Source: Gloeobacterales cyanobacterium (lineage in GTDB: Bacteria > Cyanobacteriota > Cyanobacteriia > Gloeobacterales > PMM-0068). Taken from it: DNA of 64,000 nt. A program made the translations under genes and the position numbers. The notes under the pieces were generated by a model. That model worked only from the letters and a program-made list of their open reading frames with translations. It was not told the origin of the DNA and ran no database searches. The DNA lies in contig JBBRSB010000002.1 in the NCBI GenBank assembly GCA_038245785.1, positions 96,001 to 160,000 of the forward strand. The letters run 5' to 3'. Positions 1-9,477 of the stretch are shown here, piece after piece. How positions within the stretch are numbered: the first letter of the stretch is position 1; each line of letters opens with the position of its first letter.

Positions 1-570
1 GTAACGACCACTCACCGTTGCAATATGTCCTAAACCGATCTTGGCTATTTCGTCCTCTATAAGAGCCAAATGCTCTATTCCAGAGTCGGGTGAGGTATCT
101 CGTCCATCGGTAAAGGCATGAATATAAACTTCGCTCAGGCCGTAGGATTTGGCGAAGTTGAGCAGGCCAAACAAATGGTCTATGCTCGCGTGGACGCCTC
201 CATCAGAGCAAAGGCCCATCAGGTGCAAGGGTTTGCCCGTTTCTTTTAGTTTGGTAAAAATGTCACGAAGTACTGGATTTTGGGCAATGGTTCCGCTTTC
301 AAATGCATCTGAGATACGCACCAATTCCTGAGGAACCAACCTCCCTGCCCCAATCGTCAGGTGGCCCACTTCAGAGTTGCCCATTTGCCCAATGGGAAGC
401 CCCACTGCTTTGCCAGAAGTCTCAATCAAAGTATGAGGATAGGCCGTTTGCAATGCAGACATCACAGGAGTTCTGGCGTTGGCAATGGCATTTCCATCTG
501 TCTCTTGCCTGTAGCCCCAGCCGTCTAGAATAACGAGAACAACGGGTGCGATATTACTTAGAAACCGCAT
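1..570 (-). CDS. gpmI: 2,3-bisphosphoglycerate-independent phosphoglycerate mutase, 5' part (runs off window start)
   Basis: Manual translation from ATG at 570: MRFLSNIAPVVLVILDGWGYRQETDGNAIANARTP...GQMGNSEVGH...LCSDGGVHAS; not in the ORF track because it is truncated. Confidence 0.95.
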   Translation of the reverse strand, partial: MRFLSNIAPVVLVILDGWGYRQETDGNAIANARTPVMSALQTAYPHTLIETSGKAVGLPIGQMGNSEVGHLTIGAGRLVPQELVRISDAFESGTIAQNPVLRDIFTKLKETGKPLHLMGLCSDGGVHASIDHLFGLLNFAKSYGLSEVYIHAFTDGRDTSPDSGIEHLALIEDEIAKIGLGHIATVSGRY

Positions 571-642
571 CTTTGGCCTTTTTACCCCAGAACGATGGGG
601 CGATCATATCATTTCTAAGTTTGCAATTTGTTAATGAGCACC

Positions 643-1074
643 TTAAGGTTTTGTCAAACGCCTTAAGTTCTTTCTGCTGCGAACTTTGCGCGAAGTCGGA
701 GGGAGTCCAATTGTCGTAATCACTTGATATTGGCGGGCTTCTTCTAGAGGTGGAAGCTCATTCATATCTACCCGATGAATGCAATCTACAGGGCAAGATT
801 GAACGGCTTCTTCTAGAAGAACATCATCATCCCCTTGCTGGTTGATAACCCGTGAACGACCATGCTCAGGCTCTAAGTAAAATGTATTGCGGGCGACCCA
901 GGCGCAAAGCCCACAGCCAATGCAGGTTACTTCATCTACGTAAAGCGCTTTTTGGCGAAGCCCTCCTCCTAATTCAGGTTCCAGTCCAGAGCGTTGTGCT
1001 CCATTGCGGAGGATTCCCCCTAGTTCGGGCTCTAATCCAGAACGCTGTGTTTGCCTTCGTTGCTCATCAAGCAC
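643..1074 (-). CDS. Ferredoxin (Fer4 type, cyanobacterial RSGLEPELGG-repeat family)
   Basis: YVDEVTCIGCGLC...CPVDCIH Fe-S motifs; follows DUF2997 and ycf35 as is usual in cyanobacteria. Confidence 0.85.
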   Translation of the reverse strand: MLDEQRRQTQRSGLEPELGGILRNGAQRSGLEPELGGGLRQKALYVDEVTCIGCGLCAWVARNTFYLEPEHGRSRVINQQGDDDVLLEEAVQSCPVDCIHRVDMNELPPLEEARQYQVITTIGLPPTSRKVRSRKNLRRLTKP

Positions 1075-1135
1075 AGCATACTCCTCACTTTATATATTTT
1101 TAGCTAGGGGGCTATTGTCTAAATGGCTCTAATAC

Positions 1136-1522
1136 TTAATTACTCCAGCGCTGAACGGTCAGGCAGAGGGTGCCGTCTTCTTTCTGTTCAGCCTTAGTCA
1201 AGTTGAAGCCTTTTGCTTTCGTTTCAGCCAGAATGCTGTGGTAGGCATAACGCTGGGAAACTTTACCTAGGAAGCGCTCAACGGTGAGGGGTTGCTTCCA
1301 ATATTGAAGGTCTGTCACCAATTCATAGTTTTGTCCGTTCCAGACAAAGCCCAAATCATGGCTGTTTTCCTGACGGACCACTAACTTGGCGCTACGGGTA
1401 TCCCCTTTATAGCCTCGGATAAATACTTGGCCCCGTTCATAGGGCATACCCAAATCGTCTAAAGCTAGAGCCAGACAGTCAAGGTCGCGAACTTTGGTCT
1501 TGATTTGGGTGAAGTGAGACAT
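1136..1522 (-). CDS. ycf35: Ycf35 / DUF1257 family protein
   Basis: MSHFTQIKTK N-terminus, DLGFVWNG, QRYAY motifs. Confidence 0.85.
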   Translation of the reverse strand: MSHFTQIKTKVRDLDCLALALDDLGMPYERGQVFIRGYKGDTRSAKLVVRQENSHDLGFVWNGQNYELVTDLQYWKQPLTVERFLGKVSQRYAYHSILAETKAKGFNLTKAEQKEDGTLCLTVQRWSN

Positions 1523-1597
1523 GAGGAGAGACGCTCCAAATATGGTTTGCAGTGTACGTCTAGAAATCTGAGTTGAGATGCAAAAGTTTAGAAAAAT

Positions 1598-1804
1598 TTA
1601 CGTCCATTGTTTATTGGGTTCTTCATTTTGCGCCCATTGTTGTGCTGCCTGTTGGTAGTATTCCGAGGTTAAGGTCTGGTCCTGGACATGGCCCAACTTC
1701 TCTTCCACAGAGCGCGTTAGCTCACTACAGGAATTGCCTACTACCCCGATGACCCGCTCTTCTACGCGACCATCTGGATGCAATATAAATTCGATCTGTT
1801 CCAT
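1598..1804 (-). CDS. DUF2997 family protein
   Basis: IEFILHPDGRVEERVIGVVGNSC...TSEYY; typical neighbour of ycf35. Confidence 0.85.
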   Translation of the reverse strand: MEQIEFILHPDGRVEERVIGVVGNSCSELTRSVEEKLGHVQDQTLTSEYYQQAAQQWAQNEEPNKQWT

Positions 1805-1958
1805 AGGGCACCTCTCTGCAGAAAGATATTTATGTGACGTTTAGTTAACTATTATTGCGCGTGCTTGTGTTGAAGCCCAACTTTTCTCAGGAATAGAGGG
1901 CAACCTTGGACGCCCCTGGGTACTCTCAAAGCTAGATTGGTTATCATTACAGTAGCCC

Positions 1959-3092
1959 TTGTTCCTGCTGGCATCGCTTATGACTCGCATTTTTAGTCCA
2001 TTTCAGCAGAAACTCGTGACGGGTTTGTTGGTCTTTTTGGTGGGCTGGGCTTTTCTGCAAACCCTAGAATTCTTCAAGGAGTTCATCCTAGTTTTCTCAA
2101 GCGCAGGAATTATTGCTTTTTTGCTGAATTATCCGGTCAATCTTTTGCAGCGCTACGTTCCTAGAGCGTTGGCTGCCTTAATGGTTTATTCCGTTTTTGC
2201 CATTGTTGTTACTCTGCTCGCGGTCACCTTAGGACCTAGCATTTTTGAACAGGCTAGCCAACTGGGTAGTCGTATCCCAGAATTTTTTAATTCGGCTCAA
2301 GGACAGTTATCTAGTCTCCAAGCTTGGCTGACCAAGCTTGGTGTGCCTATCAAGGTCGCTACTTTGCAAGACGCGTTATTCACACAAGTAGAAGCTCAAG
2401 TTCAAGGACTTGCTCAGCAAGCGGTGAGCCTTACCTTAGGAACCGTTTTTGGCTTGATTGAGCTGATTTTGATAGTAGTCATCTCATTTTATATGTTGTT
2501 GGAAGGAGACCGTTTCTGGAATGGATTAATTGGACTCCTGCCCGCGCAGGTGGGAACGCGTCTGACAGAGTCTCTCCGATTCAACCTCCGGGGATTTTTC
2601 TCTGGTCAGCTTGTGCTGGGAGTCTTTATGTCAGGGGTGCTACTCCCTATCTTTTTACTATTGGGTGTGCCCTACGCGCTTTTATTCAGTCTGTTCATCG
2701 GTGCTATGGAGTTGGTTCCCTTTATCGGGGCAAGTCTGGGCATCGGAGCAGTGGTCCTTCTGTTGGTCTTACAGAACTCACTGCTAGCCTTCAAAGTTCT
2801 GATCGCCTGCGTTATTATTCAGCAGCTGAAAGATAATATTTTAGCTCCCCGAGTTTTGGGAAATTTTACAGGACTCAATCCCGTCCTAATTTTTGCAGCC
2901 CTAATCCTAGGGGGCAAAATTGGCGGTCTGCTGGGAGTGATTCTGGCTATTCCCTTGACTGGCGTGGTTAAGAGTATTCTTGAAGTCTTGTACCCAGATA
3001 AATTTCATTCTCTTAGTACTCAGGGAATATCCAAGCCAAAGATTGATTCTGAAGATTCTGCCTTTTCAAAGACACTGTTAGTTGATGAATAG
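1959..3092 (+). CDS. AI-2E (PerM) family transporter
   Basis: Multi-TM; IAFLLNYPV, ELVPFIG, QQLKDNILAPRVLG motifs; true start may be the ATG near 1980. Confidence 0.85.
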   Translation: MFLLASLMTRIFSPFQQKLVTGLLVFLVGWAFLQTLEFFKEFILVFSSAGIIAFLLNYPVNLLQRYVPRALAALMVYSVFAIVVTLLAVTLGPSIFEQASQLGSRIPEFFNSAQGQLSSLQAWLTKLGVPIKVATLQDALFTQVEAQVQGLAQQAVSLTLGTVFGLIELILIVVISFYMLLEGDRFWNGLIGLLPAQVGTRLTESLRFNLRGFFSGQLVLGVFMSGVLLPIFLLLGVPYALLFSLFIGAMELVPFIGASLGIGAVVLLLVLQNSLLAFKVLIACVIIQQLKDNILAPRVLGNFTGLNPVLIFAALILGGKIGGLLGVILAIPLTGVVKSILEVLYPDKFHSLSTQGISKPKIDSEDSAFSKTLLVDE

Positions 3093-3115
3093 GAGATAGA
3101 CATGAGACGAACGAA

Positions 3116-4177
3116 ATGAATTGGTGGGCCAAACTACGACGCAATCCTCTAGCTCAGGTAGGCTTTGTCGTCCTGGTTGTCCTCTACGTCGCTGTATTTT
3201 TTGCCGACTTTTTGTCTCCCTATGCCCCGGATGAGCAGTACCGCAAGCAAGCGCTCCTCCCGCCTACACCCTGGCACCTGGAAAATGGAAAATTTGTGGT
3301 CTATCCTTCCCGTAAAGGCCCACCTGACATGAATACGGGGTTGCCCAAATTTGTTGAAGACCAGGCTCATCCTACGGAAGTCCAGTTTTTTGTTCAGGGA
3401 TATCCCTATCGTTTCTTGGGGCTGATTCCCAGTAATCTTCACCTCTTCGGAACGAAAACTGCCGACAAGCAAGGCTATCTCTTCCTCTTAGGAACTGATG
3501 AGCAAGGCCGTGACCAGTTTTCCCGACTCCTCTCTGGTGGCAGAATTAGCCTCACCATTGGACTGATAGGTATTGGCATCTCTTTCCCCCTAGGTCTTCT
3601 TGCCGGAGGGATTTCTGGATATTTCGGTGGACTGATTGACAATTTGATGATGCGTTTGACAGAAGTACTGATGTCGATACCCAGTTTCTACTTATTTATC
3701 GCGCTAGCAGCTGTTCTCCCGCCACAGCTTACCAGTGCCGAACGTTTCACTTTGATTACAGTAATTATTGCCCTGACTTCTTGGGCTGGTTTGGCACGGG
3801 TTATTCGGGGTCAGGTGCTGTCCTTGAAAGAGCAAGAGTATGTTGAAGCCTCACGGGCCTTGGGTGCTTCCCCGATGTACATTCTCTTCCGCCATATCCT
3901 GCCTCAAACGGCCACGTATATTATCATCTCTGCCACTTTGGCGATTCCCAGTTTCATCATTGCCGAGTCTGTCTTGTCTTTGATTGGCCTGGGCATTCAA
4001 GAGCCCGATGCTTCTTGGGGAAATATGCTGGTCGGCGCCAACAGCACCTCTAAGATTCTCTTCAACACCTGGCTAGTGGCTGCTCCCGCCTCGCTAATTA
4101 TTATCACCAGCTTGGCCTTTAACTTCCTGGGAGATGGTTTGAGGGATGCGTTAGATCCTCGAAATACGCAGCGATAG
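3116..4177 (+). CDS. Oligopeptide/dipeptide ABC transporter permease (OppC/DppC type)
   Basis: LLGTDEQGRD, EYVEASRALGA (EAA loop), FNFLGDGLRDALDP. Confidence 0.9.
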   Translation: MNWWAKLRRNPLAQVGFVVLVVLYVAVFFADFLSPYAPDEQYRKQALLPPTPWHLENGKFVVYPSRKGPPDMNTGLPKFVEDQAHPTEVQFFVQGYPYRFLGLIPSNLHLFGTKTADKQGYLFLLGTDEQGRDQFSRLLSGGRISLTIGLIGIGISFPLGLLAGGISGYFGGLIDNLMMRLTEVLMSIPSFYLFIALAAVLPPQLTSAERFTLITVIIALTSWAGLARVIRGQVLSLKEQEYVEASRALGASPMYILFRHILPQTATYIIISATLAIPSFIIAESVLSLIGLGIQEPDASWGNMLVGANSTSKILFNTWLVAAPASLIIITSLAFNFLGDGLRDALDPRNTQR

Positions 4178-4227
4178 GGGACGCCTGGCCATATTTGCTT
4201 TACCCTTGCCTACACATTTCACTCAAA

Positions 4228-5061
4228 CTAGTAGAGAGATTTTTCAACATCGCTGCCTTGAATCACTGATTCCAGTGCAAATAGATCGGTCTGGATACAT
4301 TCATTGAGCAGTAATAATTCGGCAAGGAATGGATCGATTCGGGTTGGTGGCTCACGGCGCGCATCCTCCAATAGCGTCTGCGCTTTGATCAATGTGACTT
4401 TAATAAGCTGATGGGCTTCTCGGAAAATCTGTTCGTCCTTCTGGCCTGTGAGATAGCCCTTGACAATAGCCTCATAAAGCTTGGCGCAGTCTCCCAGAAT
4501 AGCGGTTAAGCTACGGCGTAGATCGCGACGGGCACGAGGTCTCCACAGCGTGATCGTGACTAAGAGTGCCACGAGAATTCCAAAAATAACATCAATAAAA
4601 CGCTCCAGACCCAACAGCCAATGATTAGAACTATCAGCCAGAAGAACAATGGTAAAGGCAACAGTAGCGATGCGCAGGCTTTAGGAGAGCTTTAAAAAGG
4701 AATAGATCAAAATAACGGTGGTCATCCCCAGCCCAAGCGTGAACGCCAAGGGAGCGCCGAAGCTTGCAATCACAGCACCTACCAAAGCACCAATCGCTGT
4801 TCCAACCAAGCGCTGCCAGGCCGCATTGAATGAACTGCCCAGATTGGCCTGCATGACGATGACAGCAGAAACCACCGCCCAAATTGGACTTGGTAAATTG
4901 AGTCCTACAGCACTCAGGTAGGTAATAAGTGCAGCAATACCTGTTTTGATAGCAAGCTGAAGCGTTGCGGCCATTTCAGGCTTAAGGTGAGGAAGGCTAG
5001 TCGAGCGAAATGCTTTTTGCAGGTATTTCACCGTCCTGTATCCTGTTTCCCGCACTACCAA
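4228..5061 (-). pseudogene. FUSC / aromatic acid exporter family membrane protein interrupted by an in-frame TAA
   Basis: ORFs 4681..5061 and 4228..4614 share a frame; reading through TAA (4681-4683) gives FLKLS*SLRIATVAFTIVLLADSSNHWLLGLERFID; FUSC motifs WAVVSAVIVMQ, QRLVGTAIGA. Confidence 0.75.
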
Positions 5062-5101
5062 TTCATCTTAACAAGGCCCAAAATTGAGGGCAGTATATTG
5101 C

Positions 5102-5368
5102 TTAAGTAGGGAGTTCATCACCTGAGCGAGGCGCTTCTCCACTAGAACGATTCATAATCCGGTTAAAAGCACCAAAGTCAGCTCGCGACTGCCGTTCAGC
5201 AAAATACTGAGCTGTTTCCATGGCGGCAATTTTTTCCGCTACTGCAGTAGCAATAAATTGATTGATGCTGGTTCCATCCTGCTTTGCCAAGCGCTCAACT
5301 TCTTTCTTGATAGAACGAGGCAAGCGTAAAGCATAGGTTGCGGCCGTATTTTTCGTAGTGTCCTTCAT
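5102..5368 (-). CDS. Ribbon-helix-helix antitoxin (HicB-like RHH family)
   Basis: YALRLPRSIKKEVERLAKQDGTSINQFIATAVAEKIAA; 2 nt downstream of a PIN toxin gene. Confidence 0.8.
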   Translation of the reverse strand: MKDTTKNTAATYALRLPRSIKKEVERLAKQDGTSINQFIATAVAEKIAAMETAQYFAERQSRADFGAFNRIMNRSSGEAPRSGDELPT

Positions 5369-5370
5369 AA

Positions 5371-5796
5371 TCAGATTCTCCTAATTGCTTCCGCAGGGGA
5401 AAGAACTTCAATGTTGAATTCCATGGGTACAGAGCCATAGTCTTTCTTGTTAAAGGTTATAAGTGCATTAGCTTGCCCATTAATAGCAGCTTCCAAAACC
5501 ATCTCATCATTTGCATCGCGTAGCCTTGGTCGCCACAGATAATGGATGTCTACAGGCTCTACCAGTGCAATGACTGCAGTAACAAACTGATTTGCTTCCT
5601 CCTTTGAGAGCTCTCCAGCGATTTGATGCTCTCTTCTACTACAAATGGCTTCATACTCCAGTGCCAAAGGCACGCTCAGCAGAAGAGTCACTTTCGTAGA
5701 TTGAGCTGCCATTAATAATGCTGCTGAAGCTCCTCTAGGACTTCGCATTGCAGCAATAACAACATCGGTATCAAGCACCAAACGCATGTTTCTCAC
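5371..5796 (-). CDS. PIN-domain toxin (toxin-first TA pair)
   Basis: LVLDTDV...EYE...LRDANDEMVLEAA...TFNKKD acidic PIN motifs. Confidence 0.85.
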   Translation of the reverse strand: MRNMRLVLDTDVVIAAMRSPRGASAALLMAAQSTKVTLLLSVPLALEYEAICSRREHQIAGELSKEEANQFVTAVIALVEPVDIHYLWRPRLRDANDEMVLEAAINGQANALITFNKKDYGSVPMEFNIEVLSPAEAIRRI

Positions 5797-5923
5797 ACGC
5801 GATATCTATATAGATCATATCACAGGCAATATGATAATGATGAAGATAAATTGGTTTTGTCCTTATCACTCCTGGCTTCTGTATCTTGTGCACAATTAGT
5901 TTATGGAACAATATTCTGGATCA

Positions 5924-6205
5924 ATGCCTCGAACAACAACTATTACCATTCGCTTGGATACTGCTCTCAAAGAGAAGCTCGAAGCTTTGGCCAAAAGTAC
6001 ACAGCGAAGTAAGTCTTGGCTAGCCGTTGAGGCGATCACTGTCTACGTTGAGCAGGCAGCCTGGCAAATCCAACAGATCGAAGAGACTGTCCAACAATCC
6101 AATCGTCCTGACGCTAAGTGGATTGCCCATGAGGAGGTGTCTGCTTGGCTAAACACGTGGGATACTGAAGATGAGACTTCTGCTCCACGCTTAGAGATTG
6201 ATTAA
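5924..6205 (+). CDS. CopG/RHH antitoxin (RelB/ParD-like), no cognate toxin adjacent
   Basis: TITIRLDTALKEKLEALAKSTQRSKSWLA...HEEVSAWLNTW; ATG 5924 preferred over 5903. Confidence 0.75.
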   Translation: MPRTTTITIRLDTALKEKLEALAKSTQRSKSWLAVEAITVYVEQAAWQIQQIEETVQQSNRPDAKWIAHEEVSAWLNTWDTEDETSAPRLEID

Positions 6206-6310
6206 TCACTGCTTCTTATATATAAACCGAGAAAGCCACCAAGAGGGAACCCAATTCTGATAAAGTAACTCCTAGTACAGAAACAGCTTCTTCTCAAAGC
6301 AACAGAAATC

Positions 6311-7729
6311 ATGTGAAAAGAATTTAGCGGATACTATCGCCCGACTGAAATCGAGTTTTCAGAACTCTGGAAAAACTGTAAGTTTGTTGTCGATGCAAAT
6401 ATTCTTTTAAACCTTTATCGTTATCCCGAAGAAGCCAAGGATGATCTACTTCAAGTCTTGGATACCATATCAGATCGTCTATGGATACCTCATCAAGCAG
6501 CTTTGGAATATCAAGAAAACCGATTGACTGTAATCGCAGAGCAAGTAGCTAAATTTGACGGTATAAACAAGAGCTTGAACACTGAGTTGTCAAAGCTAAA
6601 AAAGAGGCATCCTTCTATAAAACTAGATGAACTAATTGAGCCAATAAATGGACTTTTCGAAAAACTTATTAAGGATTTAGAATCTCAAAAAGACAAACAT
6701 CCCGACTTATTAAATGACGACAAATTGAGAGATAAATTAGATATCCTTTTTAAAGGAAAAGTAGGGCCAGCACCTACTCAAGAGAACCTTGACAAAATAT
6801 ATAAAGATGGAGAGAGCAGGTATAAGACAAAGTGTCCTCCAGGTTATCAAGATGAAGATAAGTCTGATGTAAAAAAGATATTTCCATATGATGGATTAGC
6901 TCGTCAACGAAAATACGGAGATCTAGTACTGTGGCATCAAATCATTGATGAAGCAAATGCTAATAGTCACCAGAGTATTATTTTTATTACTGATGATCGT
7001 AAGAGCGATTGGTGGTGGATTGTTAATTCTAGTGGAGATAAAACTATTGGGCCACATCCTGCACTTGTAAAAGAAATACTTTCGAAGACGCAAATCTCTT
7101 ATTTCTATATTTACAACTCAGAGCGCTTCTTAGAGCAAGCAAAAAAATATCTTGAAATCAGTGTGCGACTGGAATCCGTCCAAGAAATTGGGGATGCTCT
7201 GAAAGCCAGTGAGCGTCATATAGCAAAAGTTGGAGATGTATTTTATGGGAATCAAATAGTCAGCTGGATAAATGAAAAGCAAATGCGTGAAAAGGCAACA
7301 ATAATATTCCGTCAGTGGATAGTTAATTCATTTCCAAATGATGAAATACTTGATGGGGATGGTGTTTCCATTGACTTTATACGGATAGAGAGTCCAGAAG
7401 GGTCTAAAAATGCATATAAAGTTGTATATATCCCTTCAAGACAAGATGTATTGACGGTAATAAGAAGCCCTTACTATCAAGCACTTAGCCAACGTCTAGA
7501 TGGAACGAATGCACTGAGTAAAATCAAATCATTCGCACTTGTTTTCGCTTTTGATAATAATCATAGTGTAGAGGACTACGATCCTCATGATGTAGGTAAT
7601 CTCTATAAAATACTTTTTAATCTAGACCCTGTGATTTCAAACTCAAGGCTCGAATTTATAGCTGGCTCTATAAGCGTAGATCGGTTCGGTGATGGAAGCT
7701 TTGATTTTTATAATTCTCATGAATTCTAA
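6311..7729 (+). pseudogene. PIN-like domain protein (DUF4935 type) with TGA at codon 2
   Basis: ATG TGA AAA GAA... in frame with ORF 6458..7729 restores M*KEFSGYYRPTEIEFSELWKNCKFVVDANILLNLYRY; also PPGYQD, KYGDLVLW, FITDDRKSDWW; AT-rich. Confidence 0.75.
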
Positions 7730-7834
7730 GCATTAGCGCTATTGAATAAATCACGAAGTTCAACAGAAACTTCAACTAGAAAGCTACCTTGTTCCTCCCT
7801 TAACAAAGCTACGGTATTTACAGATCTTGGAATC

Positions 7835-7903
7835 GCCCCCCTGCCCCCCAAATTTGGGGGGTTCTTTGCTCAAAGTCCCCCAGAATTGGGGGATTTAGGG
7901 GGC
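7835..7903 (+). repeat. C/G-rich double-hairpin dispersed repeat, uninterrupted core copy
   Basis: gcccccctgccccccaaatttggggggttc...cccccagaattgggggatttagggggc; related copies at 11974, 14604, 21796, 32988, 34167. Confidence 0.85.
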
Positions 7904-7958
7904 ACGTACCAGCAAAATTGCTCTTTTGCCCCAGGCGTAGCCTTCCCGGAGGGGGGGA

Positions 7959-8696
7959 TCACGCTATTTCTTCTGCCCTTCCAATCGACTCTCCGAGATA
8001 GCTTTTCTGAATTTGCGGAGAAGCTAACAATTCTTCGGCAGGGCCTTCTAAGACCACTCTGCCCGTTTCCAGAACGTAGGCTCGGTTCGCTAACTTGAGG
8101 GCTTGCAGGGCATTTTGTTCGACCAGAAGGATCATGATTCCTTCTTCTTGAATCTTGCGGATGATTTTAAAGATGTCTTGAACGACAAGCGGGGCCAAGC
8201 CCAGACTTGGTTCATCGAGCAGCAACAGTTTTGGTTTGGTTAAAAGTGCGCGACCGATAGCCAACATTTGCTGTTCGCCGCCGGACAGCGTCCCTGCCTT
8301 TTGAGTCAAGCGATTGGACAAAATGGGAAAGAATTCGTAAACCTGCTCTAGATCTTTTTGATAAGGATCGCGACGAATATAGGCCCCCATTTCCAGATTT
8401 TCCAATACAGTTAGACGCGAAAAAATGCGTCTGCCTTCGGGGACATGGACCACCCCAGAGTGAACAATACGGTCCGGTTCCGTGCGGGTTAAATCGATTC
8501 CATCAAAGGTTACTTTTCCTTGCGCCGGACGAATCAAGCCAGAAATCGTACGCAGGGTAGTGGATTTTCCAGCTCCGTTGGAACCGATGACCGAGACAAT
8601 TTCGCCTGGATTGACGGTGAGATTGATATTGTGCAGCACATCGGTTTTCCCGTAACCACTGCTCATTTGGGTGATTTGGAGTCCTGCTGTGGCCAT
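7959..8696 (-). CDS. Branched-chain amino acid ABC transporter ATP-binding protein (LivF/NatE type)
   Basis: GSNGAGKST, VPEGRRIF, LSGGEQQMLAIGRAL, LLDEPSLGLAP. Confidence 0.9.
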   Translation of the reverse strand: MATAGLQITQMSSGYGKTDVLHNINLTVNPGEIVSVIGSNGAGKSTTLRTISGLIRPAQGKVTFDGIDLTRTEPDRIVHSGVVHVPEGRRIFSRLTVLENLEMGAYIRRDPYQKDLEQVYEFFPILSNRLTQKAGTLSGGEQQMLAIGRALLTKPKLLLLDEPSLGLAPLVVQDIFKIIRKIQEEGIMILLVEQNALQALKLANRAYVLETGRVVLEGPAEELLASPQIQKSYLGESIGRAEEIA

Positions 8697-8714
8697 AGTC
8701 CTATACTTTCTTAT

Positions 8715-9404
8715 TTATCTTTTCAGCAAATAGCGCAAAGCCCCTGCCATGATAGCGAGGGTAATTGCCATCCATACTAAGGCAATTGGCCAAGCCAAAA
8801 ATGGTAATCCCCAACTATTTGCCAGAATACCTGCATCCGTAGCCCCAACGTTGTATTGAAAATCTCGAAAATCGCTGAGGGCATAGATAGACAGAAAACT
8901 GCCCATGAATAGATTAAAATACTTGGCCACCGCTCTATAGACAAAATTTAACCAAATCCAGCTGCCTGCAAAGATTAAACCGGCCCAAAATTCCCACTGC
9001 CAGGGACGGAGAACCGTCAAAGACAGATAGAGCAGCAAAATACCCAATAACGTCACAAAAGCCTCTTGCGCCTTAGGGTTACGTCCTAAGGCAATTAAGA
9101 TAGCTCCGATAACCGCAGTTCCGATGTAACCTGCCGCTGCCACAAAGGGAAAGAAACCACCCTGACTTAAAGTATGTCCTGACTCATCCAAGCTGACAGA
9201 GAGGGCAACCGGAGTACCTCCTGTCATCACTGAAGCCAAAGCATGACAGGCTTCGTGCAGATATACCGCTAGAATCCTCAAGGGATAAAAGGCTGGATAG
9301 TCCCAGAAGAAAAGGCAAATAGAAGCAGCGGTCGCTATCGTGGTAACGATTCCCCAGGGAGAAACTTTTCTCGATGAATTAACAAGATATGTAGGTTGTG
9401 CCAT
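8715..9404 (-). CDS. M50B-like membrane metallopeptidase
   Basis: HEACH (HExxH), AAAGYIG, TDA motif; multiple TM segments. Confidence 0.8.
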   Translation of the reverse strand: MAQPTYLVNSSRKVSPWGIVTTIATAASICLFFWDYPAFYPLRILAVYLHEACHALASVMTGGTPVALSVSLDESGHTLSQGGFFPFVAAAGYIGTAVIGAILIALGRNPKAQEAFVTLLGILLLYLSLTVLRPWQWEFWAGLIFAGSWIWLNFVYRAVAKYFNLFMGSFLSIYALSDFRDFQYNVGATDAGILANSWGLPFLAWPIALVWMAITLAIMAGALRYLLKR

Positions 9405-9477
9405 TACTTATTATCAGTACCCATACTTGTTCTAACTCAGTCTCGAAGCCTTTTGTTAGTTTGATGGAGCATACCCC

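Noticed and set aside
960..1050. Duplicated QRSGLEPELGG peptide in the ferredoxin N-terminus
   Set aside because: As I recall, this is a normal feature of this cyanobacterial ferredoxin family, not a novel duplication
7742..8098. ORFs reading through the palindromic repeats (also 21754-22152, 32802-33248, 63346-63540)
   Set aside because: Their PPKFGG/GDLGG peptides are translations of the repeats and most overlap real genes; spurious
7959..8696. ABC ATPase as urea transporter UrtE because urease is nearby
   Set aside because: The PEGRRIF motif is LivF/NatE-like, and no other urt genes are adjacent
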